From Methylacidiphilum caldifontis (GTDB lineage Bacteria; Verrucomicrobiota; Verrucomicrobiia; Methylacidiphilales; CAMAQI01), in NCBI GenBank assembly GCA_945877805.1, contig CAMCSM010000005.1, positions 1 through 63,045 of the forward strand: DNA of 63,045 nucleotides, given 5' to 3'. The notes beneath the pieces were generated by a model. It was given only the letters and a program-made list of their open reading frames with translations, was not told the origin of the DNA and did not search any database. Below are positions 54,290 to 63,045 of the stretch, in pieces. The position numbers and the translations under genes were made by a program. Each line of letters starts with the position of its first letter. Position 1 is the first letter of the stretch.

Positions 54290-54763
54290 ATGCGGCTTTC
54301 CATTCAGATCGAGCGACACCAAGAGCCCGAATCGGATTTGGACTATCTGCGGTTGGCGCTTTTTTCGGATCATCGACGGATCAATCGGTACACCATTTGT
54401 CCCCTTGCCTTGCTCGACTCGGTTTTTTATAGCGAGGAGCATCCGATCTACACATGTCCGATTTGTGGACAGATCGAGTGTGCAGGCTTTAAGAAAGGAG
54501 TCCATGTCGCGCACAGCGAGGGCTATACCCTTTGGAAAGTCTTTGAGCCCGGTCCGAGAAGGGTTTATCTTTTTAATCACCTTCAATATCGGGAGGAAGT
54601 CATCGCGGGCTACCGAGAGCTTCAATATCAAATCCAAAAAAAGCCATCGATGGCGATCCCTTATTTGTCCGCGGATAAAATGGAAGAGCACTTATTAAAA
54701 ATGACGCAGAAGAGTGAAATTTTGGGAGTTGGGTTAGAAAACGCTGAATATAGAGTATTGTAA
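54290..54763 (+). CDS. Hypothetical protein (157 aa) with a CPICGxxxC motif
   Basis: ATG 54290 is preceded by gggaggg. No domain recognised. Confidence 0.45.
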   Translation: MRLSIQIERHQEPESDLDYLRLALFSDHRRINRYTICPLALLDSVFYSEEHPIYTCPICGQIECAGFKKGVHVAHSEGYTLWKVFEPGPRRVYLFNHLQYREEVIAGYRELQYQIQKKPSMAIPYLSADKMEEHLLKMTQKSEILGVGLENAEYRVL

Positions 54764-54777
54764 ATGGATTATTAAAT

Positions 54778-55104
54778 ATGTGGCTAATGACAAAATACGG
54801 TTTCTTCTCGATCGTCCAAAAAGGATTTGAGAAAGAGTTTCAAATTCGGGCCCGTGAGCGGATTGATATCGATCATGCCGCCAGAATTACAGGGGCAGGG
54901 CCGGTGATTAAAACACCTAAGGGAGACTATTCCTATCGGATTGAAGTGACCCATGAGGAACTCCAAAAGCTGATGCGAGTTTTAATCGAGGACTTGGATT
55001 ACAATAATTTTAAATCGATGATCGCTTTGCAGCAGGATCAGAAAGAGAAGCTCGACGCCTACCATGATGTATGGGGGATTTTGGAAAAACACTGTCGGGA
55101 TTGA
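54778..55104 (+). CDS. Hypothetical protein (108 aa)
   Basis: ORF only, in an AT-rich context. Confidence 0.4.
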   Translation: MWLMTKYGFFSIVQKGFEKEFQIRARERIDIDHAARITGAGPVIKTPKGDYSYRIEVTHEELQKLMRVLIEDLDYNNFKSMIALQQDQKEKLDAYHDVWGILEKHCRD

Positions 55105-55168
55105 AGATGTTTAATTTCAGTCCCTTAAATCTCTTGTTGAAATATCAAAATAATATTTAATAAAAATC

Positions 55169-55672
55169 ATGGCCACTCTAAATAAATATAGCGATGGATC
55201 GGGATATTATGTCAAAAACAGCTTCAGCACGAAGGGCAAGCTTTTTCATGTGACATATCAGCTTTCCACTGAAGGATTAAAATTATTATTAGCTAAAGAT
55301 GTAGGTGATGGAAATATTATTCCAAAGGGGCTTTTTCAGGAGCTTTTAAATAGTAAAGATATTTATACTAATAAATCTGGAGTCGAAGGAGAAATTACAT
55401 CAAGCGATTTCAATTCAGACGATAATGCGGATTCATTTCTGAATTTTACACAGGAAGCGCAAATATGGGTGTTAGGAGTACTAGAATCCCATCCTAAAGT
55501 TCAAACTCGAGTGAGCGAAAGTTTTGATGGTAAGTCGCGAACAATAGAAATGAAAATCGATCGGGATGTTAGTAATTTCCATCAACAGCTTATGTATATT
55601 GCTAAAAATATGGATGGAACGGATTTTTTTAAAAACCTAGATCAATCATATAATTCGAAACGTAAGAGTTGA
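55169..55672 (+). CDS. Hypothetical protein (167 aa)
   Basis: ORF only, in an AT-rich context. Confidence 0.4.
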   Translation: MATLNKYSDGSGYYVKNSFSTKGKLFHVTYQLSTEGLKLLLAKDVGDGNIIPKGLFQELLNSKDIYTNKSGVEGEITSSDFNSDDNADSFLNFTQEAQIWVLGVLESHPKVQTRVSESFDGKSRTIEMKIDRDVSNFHQQLMYIAKNMDGTDFFKNLDQSYNSKRKS

Positions 55673-55696
55673 ACGTCCTCTAGGTCGACGTTTGTA

Positions 55697-56587
55697 TCAA
55701 TATTTTTTCATCCCTTTAAAAACCTCTAGTAGTTTTAAAGCCCGTGGGCGGATCGAAATCAATCTCGGGTGCCATGCGAGGAGGAGCTCTCGGCGGTAAC
55801 CGGTGATCCAGGTGAGTTTGTGGCGGGGGATCAATGGATCAATGCCGTGCATCACAAGATCTGGAAGGATCGCCGAAGCGATCCCATGGCGCACGAGTTG
55901 TGCGGCCTGGGTGAAGCTGCTGCAAAAATGGGTGATTCGAATCGTTTGTTTATGCTTCTGGGCAGCACTTTGAAATTGTTCCAGAAATTCTCCCCCAATC
56001 GGGGTCGCTAAAGGATGATGATTTAAAAGGTCTTCCACTTTTTCTTTTTTCCATGCCACGGGAGCAAACAGCGAGTAACCCAATTCAACCATCGGAGCCG
56101 ACTTTAAACTTGAGACGAGGGCGGTCTTGCGAACGATTCCAAAGTCGATGCTGTGATCGACGAGTCCTTGAACGATCTCACGGGATCGAAATTCGTGAAA
56201 GTGGAGGGAGTACGGCTTTAATTCCTTTTGAAAGGTTTTAAGTCGTGGAATCAGGAACCATTCGAGGACGCTGTTCCCAGAGGCGATTCGGAAATCCAAC
56301 GGAGCCCCCTCGCAGGAGCTTTTAAAATCCTCAAGACCTTGAAGCTGGAGTCTGGCATTGCGGACGAGTTCATTTCCTGCCTCGGTGATCTCGATCCCTT
56401 TTCCTTTGCGTCGGGTCAGCTCAACCCCAAAGAACTCCTCCAGTTCCCGTATCTGGCGACTGTAGAGGCTCTGCTTGGCCGGATCTCCTCCGGCTGCCTT
56501 GGTGATGCTTCCTTGTTCGGCAATGGCGCAGAAGTTGACGAGACGATCAAAGGAGAGTCCGCCGGTGGAGAGGAGTTTTTTAAACAT
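55697..56587 (-). CDS. LysR-family transcriptional regulator
   Basis: N-terminal HTH 'FCAIAEQGSITKAAGGDPAKQSLYSRQIRELEEFFGVELTRR' with a substrate-binding-like C-terminus. Confidence 0.85.
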   Translation of the reverse strand: MFKKLLSTGGLSFDRLVNFCAIAEQGSITKAAGGDPAKQSLYSRQIRELEEFFGVELTRRKGKGIEITEAGNELVRNARLQLQGLEDFKSSCEGAPLDFRIASGNSVLEWFLIPRLKTFQKELKPYSLHFHEFRSREIVQGLVDHSIDFGIVRKTALVSSLKSAPMVELGYSLFAPVAWKKEKVEDLLNHHPLATPIGGEFLEQFQSAAQKHKQTIRITHFCSSFTQAAQLVRHGIASAILPDLVMHGIDPLIPRHKLTWITGYRRELLLAWHPRLISIRPRALKLLEVFKGMKKY

Positions 56588-56657
56588 ATCTTAAAAGTAA
56601 TGTAATATGATTATTATACTCTATCAAGTACTCATTCATTGTGGTATGTTTTAGAGC

Positions 56658-57605
56658 ATGAGAGAGAATAACCACTGGGATCTGATCGGCGACATCCACG
56701 GATACGCTGATGAGTTAATCTTGATGCTGGCTCAGCTTGGCTATCAGAAACACAAAGAGAGTTACGCACACCCTCAGGGACGAAAAGTGATCTATCTCGG
56801 GGACTACATCGATAAAGGACCGAAAATACGGGAATCCTTGAAAATCGTTCGTGGAATGGTCGATGCCGGAAATGCCCTAGCGATCATGGGAAACCATGAA
56901 TACAACGCCTTAGCCTACCACACCGCAGACAATCAAGGGGGATGGCTCAGAAGCCACAATAAGGATCATCACGCTCAACATGCCAACACCATTGAGCAAA
57001 TCGTCGATCCTCATCCTGAGGAGTGGAGAGAATGGATGAACTGGTTTTCAACCCTCCCGCTCTTTCTCGACTTAGGAAATCTCCGAGTGGCTCATGCTGG
57101 ATGGGATACAAAGCTGACAGGGCATCTAAAAGAGATCCATCGACTGGATGAGCCGACTTTAAAGGAGATGAATCGGCGGGACTCTTTACTCAACGAGGCC
57201 AAACAGGTTTTCCTGAACGGTCCGGAGCTTCGACTGCCCAAAGGCCATGAAATAGAGGATCATGCCGGTGTCAAACGGAACACAATGCGCTGCCGCTGGT
57301 GGAGTTCGATGAAGGGGAAAAGTTATCGGGAGGCGATCTTTCCAAGCTCTGAAGACGCACCTGATCTTCTCATCCCCGATCAAGCGCTTGAAGGACTCTT
57401 TGCCTACTCGGAAGAGGAAGTGCCCCTCTTCTTCGGTCACTATGCACTTCCGCCGAATACAACCCCGGAGCCGCTCCAGAGGAATGTCGCCTGTCTCGAC
57501 TACAGCATCGCCCACCATGGAGGATTAACGGCCTATCGCTGGGATGGGGAGGGGGAGCTAACCCAGGATAAATTTGTAGTCATTACCAAACCAATAAACT
57601 TATGA
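56658..57605 (+). CDS. Metallophosphoesterase (PrpE/ApaH-like Ser/Thr or diadenosine-polyphosphate phosphatase)
   Basis: 'LIGDIHGY', 'IYLGDYIDKGP', 'GNHE'. Confidence 0.8.
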   Translation: MRENNHWDLIGDIHGYADELILMLAQLGYQKHKESYAHPQGRKVIYLGDYIDKGPKIRESLKIVRGMVDAGNALAIMGNHEYNALAYHTADNQGGWLRSHNKDHHAQHANTIEQIVDPHPEEWREWMNWFSTLPLFLDLGNLRVAHAGWDTKLTGHLKEIHRLDEPTLKEMNRRDSLLNEAKQVFLNGPELRLPKGHEIEDHAGVKRNTMRCRWWSSMKGKSYREAIFPSSEDAPDLLIPDQALEGLFAYSEEEVPLFFGHYALPPNTTPEPLQRNVACLDYSIAHHGGLTAYRWDGEGELTQDKFVVITKPINL

Positions 57606-57940
57606 ATAACATCAATGAAGGCGACTTAAAAAATCCCGGAGAACTTCCACAAATTGAAGCCCCCGAGTTTATTTTACTTTGGAGCGAAGGACACTGTGCC
57701 GGTACTAAGGACAATAAAACGAGAATCTACTGTGGAGAGCGAATCATTTGGGATCAAATGATCGCTCATCATAAAAAGAATCATGAAACTCCCCCTGAGC
57801 GTGGATCATGGGATGACCTAAAGTCCGAGGAATCGAGGAAATATATCGAAGGGCTCACCGGATACGAAATCATCCCTCCCGATAATAGCCTCATCTACGG
57901 TCGGCCGAGCTTAGGAAAACGATTCAATCTAACCCCTTAA
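57602..57940 (+). CDS. Hypothetical protein (112 aa)
   Basis: ORF with a 4-nt overlap to the upstream gene. No domain recognised. Confidence 0.45.
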   Translation: MNNINEGDLKNPGELPQIEAPEFILLWSEGHCAGTKDNKTRIYCGERIIWDQMIAHHKKNHETPPERGSWDDLKSEESRKYIEGLTGYEIIPPDNSLIYGRPSLGKRFNLTP

Positions 57941-57963
57941 AAAATCTCAAAAAAGAAAACATT

Positions 57964-58566
57964 ATGGAGAAAACATTTATTGCAGATCGCATCAAGGTCG
58001 CCTGCGTAGGAGATAGCATCACCTGCGGAGGAGCAATCCAAGAGGAAGAAAAACGCTATCCCGCCCAACTCCAATCGCTTCTTGAGGGAGAATACCTCGT
58101 TCAAAACTTCGGGGTCTCCGGTGCGACTCTCCTCAAAAGCGGAAACAAGCCGTACTGGACAGAGCCCGATTTTTTAACCTCCCATGCTTTCAATCCCCAG
58201 ATCGTGGTCATTAAACTTGGAACAAACGATTCCAAGCCCGAGAACTGGAAGCATAAGGATCAATTCGTTCAGGACTATCTCAATCTGATCAAGTCGTATC
58301 ACGATCTTGGGAGCAATCCGAAAGTCTTTATTTGTCGTCCAATTCCGGCCTTCGGCTTTGGGAACTTCGGGATCACGGATGAGGTGATCAAAAACGAGGT
58401 CATTCCACTCATTGACCTTGTCGCTCAAAAAGCAGGTGTTCCAGTCATCGACCTCTATGACGCACTCAACTGGAAAGGCGACCTCGTTCCCGATCGAGTC
58501 CACCCCAATGCGGAGGGTGCGAGGCTCATTGCGGAAGCGGTTTTAGAGGCGATCAACCCAAAGTAA
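57964..58566 (+). CDS. SGNH/GDSL-family hydrolase
   Basis: 'VACVGDSITCGG', 'GTND', 'DRVHPN'. Confidence 0.85.
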   Translation: MEKTFIADRIKVACVGDSITCGGAIQEEEKRYPAQLQSLLEGEYLVQNFGVSGATLLKSGNKPYWTEPDFLTSHAFNPQIVVIKLGTNDSKPENWKHKDQFVQDYLNLIKSYHDLGSNPKVFICRPIPAFGFGNFGITDEVIKNEVIPLIDLVAQKAGVPVIDLYDALNWKGDLVPDRVHPNAEGARLIAEAVLEAINPK

Positions 58567-58571
58567 TAAAT

Positions 58572-59207
58572 ATGAGTAACATCAGTAATGCCGATTCTTT
58601 GGTGTGGGAAGATTCGATTCTGGACTTTGAAAAAGAGGATGCCACGAATCCGCCGCCTAAGGGAGGAATTGAATTTATTGGATCTTCCACGATCAAAAAA
58701 TGGGGAGATTTGACGAAGGTCTTTCCGGGACTGCCTGTTTATAACAGAGGCTTTGGAGGCTCTCAAATTAAAGACACCATCTTTTACGCTTCCAGAATCA
58801 TCATTCCCTATTCTCCACGGATGATTGTCTTTCATGCGGGTGACAACGATCTGGCCTCAGGTGCCACCTTTGAGCAGGTGATTGCGGATTTAAAAGAATT
58901 GATCGAGATTGTTCACGCCAGACTTCATGAAACTGAATTTTATTTTCTCTCATTGAAGCCAAGTGAAAACCGGAAGGAATTTCGCCTTGAGCAACAAAAG
59001 GTTAATGAAGGGGCACAAGAATGGATGAAGAATACTTCCCGGCTGCATTACATAGACCAATGGAATATGGTCATCGATGCTGAGGGGAACCCACGACCAG
59101 AGTTATTTGTCGAAGATCAATTACACCTCAGTGAGGCTGGTTACAAATTACTAGCGGAGCTGGTCTCTCCACTTTTAGGGGATATAACTTCATTTTCAGG
59201 GGAGTAA
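58572..59207 (+). CDS. SGNH/GDSL-like hydrolase
   Basis: 'IEFIGSSTI', 'HAGDNDL', 'EDQLHLSEAGY'. Confidence 0.75.
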   Translation: MSNISNADSLVWEDSILDFEKEDATNPPPKGGIEFIGSSTIKKWGDLTKVFPGLPVYNRGFGGSQIKDTIFYASRIIIPYSPRMIVFHAGDNDLASGATFEQVIADLKELIEIVHARLHETEFYFLSLKPSENRKEFRLEQQKVNEGAQEWMKNTSRLHYIDQWNMVIDAEGNPRPELFVEDQLHLSEAGYKLLAELVSPLLGDITSFSGE

Positions 59208-59842
59208 AATCGAAGACCCGTTACTCCCCACTTAGAAGTGCTAAACTGAGGATTAACGATATTATTTTTTGATTCTATCGTGACAATCTCTGCGTTTTCT
59301 GGATTGGCCAAAAGATCAAATTGTTCGACTGTAAGATGAAGGTAGCGCATGACGAAGCATCGGATGGTTAGACCGTGCGTAACGATAAGAATCCGTTGAA
59401 CTTGTTTCCGACGAGACTGACGAAGGAGTCCTTCGAGAAATCCAGATGTTCTGTCATAGCAGTCAGCAGGGCTTTCGCCCCCGTTAAAACGATAGTAAAA
59501 CCAGCCATGAGTTCGGCGCAGCTCTTGTTGCGATGGAACATCGGTATAACCAAATTCAACCTCTCTTAGGCGGGGATCTTCGTAAATACGGAGATCCTCT
59601 CTCTTGACTTCTGCCCCCTCCAATATTCCCGTTAGGGTTTCGCGTGTTCTTCGGTAGGGCGATGCGTAAATCAGTGCATTCTCAATAAAGTCGCGACCAA
59701 GCGTTTTCCCTGTCGCTCTCGCTTGCTGTATTCCCAGTTTTGACAGCGGAATATTGTGATCTCCAACCTCAGCCGGATTAAGCTCTCCAGTATTTGCTAA
59801 AGACTGTCCATGTCTGACGAGTTTAATTTCCAAATTATTCAC
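59141..59842 (-). CDS. Histidine phosphatase (phosphoglycerate-mutase-like) family protein
   Basis: 'LVRHGQSLAN', 'RRTRET', 'IVTHG'. Confidence 0.85.
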   Translation of the reverse strand: MNNLEIKLVRHGQSLANTGELNPAEVGDHNIPLSKLGIQQARATGKTLGRDFIENALIYASPYRRTRETLTGILEGAEVKREDLRIYEDPRLREVEFGYTDVPSQQELRRTHGWFYYRFNGGESPADCYDRTSGFLEGLLRQSRRKQVQRILIVTHGLTIRCFVMRYLHLTVEQFDLLANPENAEIVTIESKNNIVNPQFSTSKWGVTGLRFYSPENEVISPKSGETSSASNL

Positions 59843-60006
59843 TTACATAATTTACTACTTCCCATCCAAATTACAAGCATCAGGGGATTTTGCTCTAGAT
59901 AAACCTTGAAGCGGTCGGTTTTGATGACAATTTACCTTCACATGAGAGTGAAAGTTGAGAATTTAATTGGAACAACCGATCGGTTGAATAACTGTTCGGT
60001 AAAAAT

Positions 60007-60543
60007 ATGATTCCCATCCTTGCCAACGCTGGAGTTCCGATGATCTTCGTGACGTTACCAGCCATGCTCTATCTGATCGTCCCTGTTATTGTGATCGAAT
60101 TTTTGGCCGGAAGACGATTACTCACAGAAGAAACTACCAAGACAAAATGGATTGGACTGGCCGTTGCCAATATCGCATCAACATTCCTCGGGTGGCCTCT
60201 TGCGTGGGTTGTGTTAGTTGTCCTTCAGATGACTACAGGCGGCGGCGGAGCGCATGGACTCGATTCACCCATAGGGATTATATTGTCGGTCACGCAGCAA
60301 GCACCTTGGTTGATTCCATACGAAGATGAGCTCTTCTGGATGATTCCGATTGCAATGGGAGTCCTGCTCGTCCCATTCTTTTTTGTCTCAGTGTTCTCGG
60401 AGCGACTCATATTAATTTATATGTGGAAACAGAGTGATAAATCTGTTGTGCGGCATTTTTCATGGAATGCACATTTATGGTCTTATGGATTTCTTCTTCT
60501 TGTCGTGATCGTGTATGCTACCTACTCATTTACAACCAAATAA
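60007..60543 (+). CDS. Integral membrane protein
   Basis: About five hydrophobic segments. No domain recognised. Confidence 0.6.
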   Translation: MIPILANAGVPMIFVTLPAMLYLIVPVIVIEFLAGRRLLTEETTKTKWIGLAVANIASTFLGWPLAWVVLVVLQMTTGGGGAHGLDSPIGIILSVTQQAPWLIPYEDELFWMIPIAMGVLLVPFFFVSVFSERLILIYMWKQSDKSVVRHFSWNAHLWSYGFLLLVVIVYATYSFTTK

Positions 60544-60580
60544 GACCGAACAAGGTCGTCGAGCCAACGCACTACCGCGA

Positions 60581-61123
60581 ATGACCCGGTATCTCTCACT
60601 ATTTTTTTCGTTTATTCTACTATCCTGTGGCCCTGCTGGCGTTGGCCCTTCCGAAATTAGACTGAATCGGAAAATTACCCCTTCGGAGGTGATTGGTGTG
60701 TGGAGACTACAGCAAGCTTGTCTGGATTTGTTAGCGCAGGACGGAACTTGGCCTGCCCCTTACAAACCTCGACCCGGCACTCCACATGAAATTGAGATCA
60801 GGGAAGACGGAACCTGTCGTTTTCAGTCCGTAAGGGAACATTATGACTTTGAGACTAAGAAACATTCGATTGAGTATTTTGATTGGTCGGGAACTTGGTC
60901 CCTGGACCGCCCCATCGATGGTCGCAACTGCAATGAGCTTGGGCTTAGCTTCAAAGAACGAAGAACGGGAATAGAATTAGATTTCACCGATCTATTCAAA
61001 CAAGTGGATCTTTGGCATTATTGGGGAGATCCTGATGCCTGCCAAATCATGATTTACGAGAAAAAAAATGTCCAACCAAGCGGTTCCTCCAATCCCCTTC
61101 CGCCTACGGCTCCAAGGGGATAG
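60581..61123 (+). CDS. Putative lipoprotein
   Basis: 'MTRYLSLFFSFILLSCGPAG' carries a lipobox (LLSC). The ORF-track start at 60515 overlaps the previous gene. Confidence 0.6.
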   Translation: MTRYLSLFFSFILLSCGPAGVGPSEIRLNRKITPSEVIGVWRLQQACLDLLAQDGTWPAPYKPRPGTPHEIEIREDGTCRFQSVREHYDFETKKHSIEYFDWSGTWSLDRPIDGRNCNELGLSFKERRTGIELDFTDLFKQVDLWHYWGDPDACQIMIYEKKNVQPSGSSNPLPPTAPRG

Positions 61124-61298
61124 GTGACCGCCGACGTTAGGCGACTTATGACACGTCCTGTAGAAAGCTTGACAAAAATAGACTACGCCGAATCTCCCGT
61201 GTGGCGATCCACCAGTTCCGACACGCCAGACGAGACGCACGCCTCACCGAACACTTTGTCAGTCTTTTCCGTATTCCGCCCCGATCTGGAATCGTCAA

Positions 61299-61682
61299 TC
61301 AATCGTCATTATAACCCCTCCGCGTCAAATCCGCAAAGGTCAAGGCGGCTGGCTCTGGCTTTTTTTCTAAGAACATCCCCAAAGCCTTCGCCAGTAATTC
61401 AGAGGCTCTTAAACGATACATAGTAGGTCGAGACTCATCTCTCATTACCTTTCCCCACATGATTAAAATCTCATCTCGTTCGGAAACTCCCGCACGATTC
61501 TCAGCGTTTGTGTGAATCCTGATCGCAGCTTGAACCTCAGGGTCAGCGATGTACCGCTGGCAAGTCCGATAAGCCATCTTCACGCCGTCTTTGTTCATGG
61601 CGTCAACGGTCTCTCGGATCGACCCTCTCCAGTACCGGGCGAAGGTCATTTTATTTGTTTTAGATAAATGAGTTTTAGGCAT
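61299..61682 (-). CDS. Phage terminase small-subunit-like protein
   Basis: 'YIADPEVQAAI', 'RLRASELLAKALGMF' resemble P27/Terminase_2-type small terminases. The call is from memory and should be verified by HMM. Confidence 0.45.
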   Translation of the reverse strand: MPKTHLSKTNKMTFARYWRGSIRETVDAMNKDGVKMAYRTCQRYIADPEVQAAIRIHTNAENRAGVSERDEILIMWGKVMRDESRPTMYRLRASELLAKALGMFLEKKPEPAALTFADLTRRGYNDD

Positions 61683-61821
61683 AAAATACGACTTTATACG
61701 CCAATTTTAACACTGTTTTCATAGGAAGCAACCGAGTTCAAACTTGAAACGATTTATTTTAAAAATAGGGGCTTGATTTAATTTTTCGGATTTCTCCATG
61801 GTTAAGAATAAAGGAGAAACT

Positions 61822-62031
61822 ATGACTGAGAAATATACGACACAAGAACCCAATAGAAATCTGCTTTCTAAAGAGCAGCTGGCAAAAAACATTCAACGGC
61901 ACGTTCGATCGATTGATAACCTCCGGGCCCATGGACTTCCGTACATCCGGATCCCCGGACTCGGTATTCGATTTCATTGGCCCACGGTGGAAAAGTGGCT
62001 CTTAAGCCATCAACGAGGTCAGGTTCTTTAA
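61822..62031 (+). CDS. Excisionase/AlpA-type helix-turn-helix protein
   Basis: 'LLSKEQLAKNIQRHVRSIDNLRAHGLPYIRIPGLGIRFHWPTVEKWL'. Confidence 0.6.
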   Translation: MTEKYTTQEPNRNLLSKEQLAKNIQRHVRSIDNLRAHGLPYIRIPGLGIRFHWPTVEKWLLSHQRGQVL

Positions 62032-62084
62032 TCTAACGATCTCTTAAAAATATTTAATCCAACCCACAACTTTGAGAATTTAAA

Positions 62085-63045
62085 ATGAATCCTATAAATC
62101 AATCATGCCCAGACATTGCGCCTCTCTTCCGAACGGTTACACTTTTTGACAATGTTAAGAACAAGCGGTGCATACCAAAGCTCATGACGGTCAAAGATGG
62201 TCTCGACGACATCCGTAATGGCAAGTGGGCTCAAATGATTCAACCTATCAGGGATGAGCCGAATAAAGAAAAACGGGATCTATTAAAAGAAAAAATTCCG
62301 GCAGTAAAATGGGCGGGTGAGTTCTCTGGACTTAAAGACAAAGATCTTAATTTTTTTTCTGGAATTGTTTGCGTCGATTTCGACGAAATTGGAGAAATAG
62401 CCGAACCGCTTAAGAAACAGCTCCGCTCCCATTCTTCCGTTTTAGCTTATTTCACGTCGCCGTCAGGGGAGGGCATCAAAGCCCTGATTGTAGTAGAATC
62501 GTCGCTCCAGAGCGACCCGAAGGCCCAATACATAGGCATTTACAAGGTTCTTACCAATGAGATGAAGGATTTCGAGAAGTTCGTTGATCAATCTGCTTCC
62601 AACATCGGCCGGAACTGCTTTGTTTCCTATGATCCTGAACTGTTTGTTCGTGATGGCGCTGTCGTTCCTTTTGTTGATGAAGGGCAGTTAAAAAAGTTTG
62701 AGGAGGCTTACGAGAGAAGACCCTTTCTGAAAACTGAAGAGACTGAATCTTCTTTAAAATCTGAAAAGTCTGTAGGATCTGTATCCTCTATATCACAAAT
62801 CATCGAAAAACGGAGAAAACGAACTCAAATCAAAAGGGAGCGTTTCTCTCCTAGAGTTGAAAGAATCTACGATCAGTACCTATCCACCCGAATGGCTAAA
62901 GCGGGAGGTAGGCATGATGAATCCTTAAAAGCCGTCACCGCTCTTCACTCCGTTGTTACTGCCTCCATCATTCAGACGATGCTTTTAACTTTTTTTGATG
63001 AAAATGATCAAATTTTTACAACCTCAAGGAAGGATCATCAAAAAG
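62085..63045 (+). CDS. VirE_N / BT4734-like N-terminal domain primase-replication protein (3'-partial, runs off the window)
   Basis: Not in the ORF track because no stop is reached; I translated it by hand and found no stop in 320 codons. Motifs: 'GIVCVDFDEIG', 'YFTSPSGEGIKALIVV', 'GRNCFVSYDPELFV'. Confidence 0.75.
   Translation, partial: MNPINQSCPDIAPLFRTVTLFDNVKNKRCIPKLMTVKDGLDDIRNGKWAQMIQPIRDEPNKEKRDLLKEKIPAVKWAGEFSGLKDKDLNFFSGIVCVDFDEIGEIAEPLKKQLRSHSSVLAYFTSPSGEGIKALIVVESSLQSDPKAQYIGIYKVLTNEMKDFEKFVDQSASNIGRNCFVSYDPELFVRDGAVVPFVDEGQLKKFEEAYERRPFLKTEETESSLKSEKSVGSVSSISQIIEKRRKRTQIKRERFSPRVERIYDQYLSTRMAKAGGRHDESLKAVTALHSVVTASIIQTMLLTFFDENDQIFTTSRKDHQK

Larger units (their letters stand above)
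61299..63045. mobile_element. Edge of a phage-satellite/integrative-element-like module (terS-like, xis-type HTH, primase)
   Basis: Gene content only. The integrase and att sites are not in the window. Confidence 0.45.

Noticed and set aside
59141-59207. A 67-nt convergent overlap between the second SGNH hydrolase and the histidine phosphatase genes.
   Set aside because: Both catalytic domains end well before the overlap, and the overlapping parts are unconserved-looking tails. This is probably just late stop codons, not a regulatory feature.
1-63045. Looked for CRISPR arrays, rRNA, an intact tRNA, reverse transcriptase/retron, and integrase or transposase genes.
   Set aside because: None was seen in the ORF translations or by eye in the DNA. 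Absence should be confirmed with the proper tools (CRISPR finders, Infernal, HMM scans).

Overview
63-kb bacterial chromosomal window, roughly 45-50% GC by eye. Its short dispersed repeats resemble those I associate with PVC-group genomes, but this is a weak inference. 1-7.8 kb is housekeeping on the + strand: amidohydrolase, ppdK, FAH-family hydrolase, lutABC. At 8768-8809 a tRNA-Ser(GCU) gene stops abruptly just after the anticodon loop. From there to about 52.6 kb lies a dense accessory/defence island with no visible integrase or transposase. Its modules are: (i) a 7-gene minus-strand array: M42/M20-like peptidase, AAA+ ATPase, GGCT-domain protein, AbiL-like ABC-ATPase + RloB, a 1968-aa DEAH-helicase/DUF1998/Vsr-like nuclease/LexA-S24 fusion, and a small PD-(D/E)xK protein. 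(ii) An orphan 327-aa protein plus a NucS-like/DUF4268 nuclease. (iii) An 18.3-kb, 12-gene type 1 BREX operon (brxA-brxB-brxC-pglX-pglZ-brxL). Here pglX is split at the MTase/TRD boundary, with a complete Shedu-type (DUF4263) nuclease gene translationally coupled between the halves. The operon also carries an AlbA_2-type regulator, a truncated paralogue of it, and an ABC-ATPase + DUF4276 pair. (iv) An apparently frameshifted UvrD-like helicase. (v) An AbiE toxin-antitoxin pair flanked by ~110-bp direct repeats. (vi) A DUF1016 nuclease. (vii) A PcfJ-like/WYL cassette bracketed by composite repeat blocks. (viii) A RES-Xre toxin-antitoxin pair. 52.8-61.1 kb holds a VWA protein, orphan ORFs, LysR, a phosphoesterase, two SGNH hydrolases, a histidine phosphatase and membrane/lipoproteins. 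The right edge is a phage-satellite-like module: terS-like, excisionase-type HTH, and a VirE_N/BT4734-type primase that is open at the window end. I found no rRNA, CRISPR array or intact tRNA. All calls rest on reading motifs in the supplied translations and the DNA; no database search was run.
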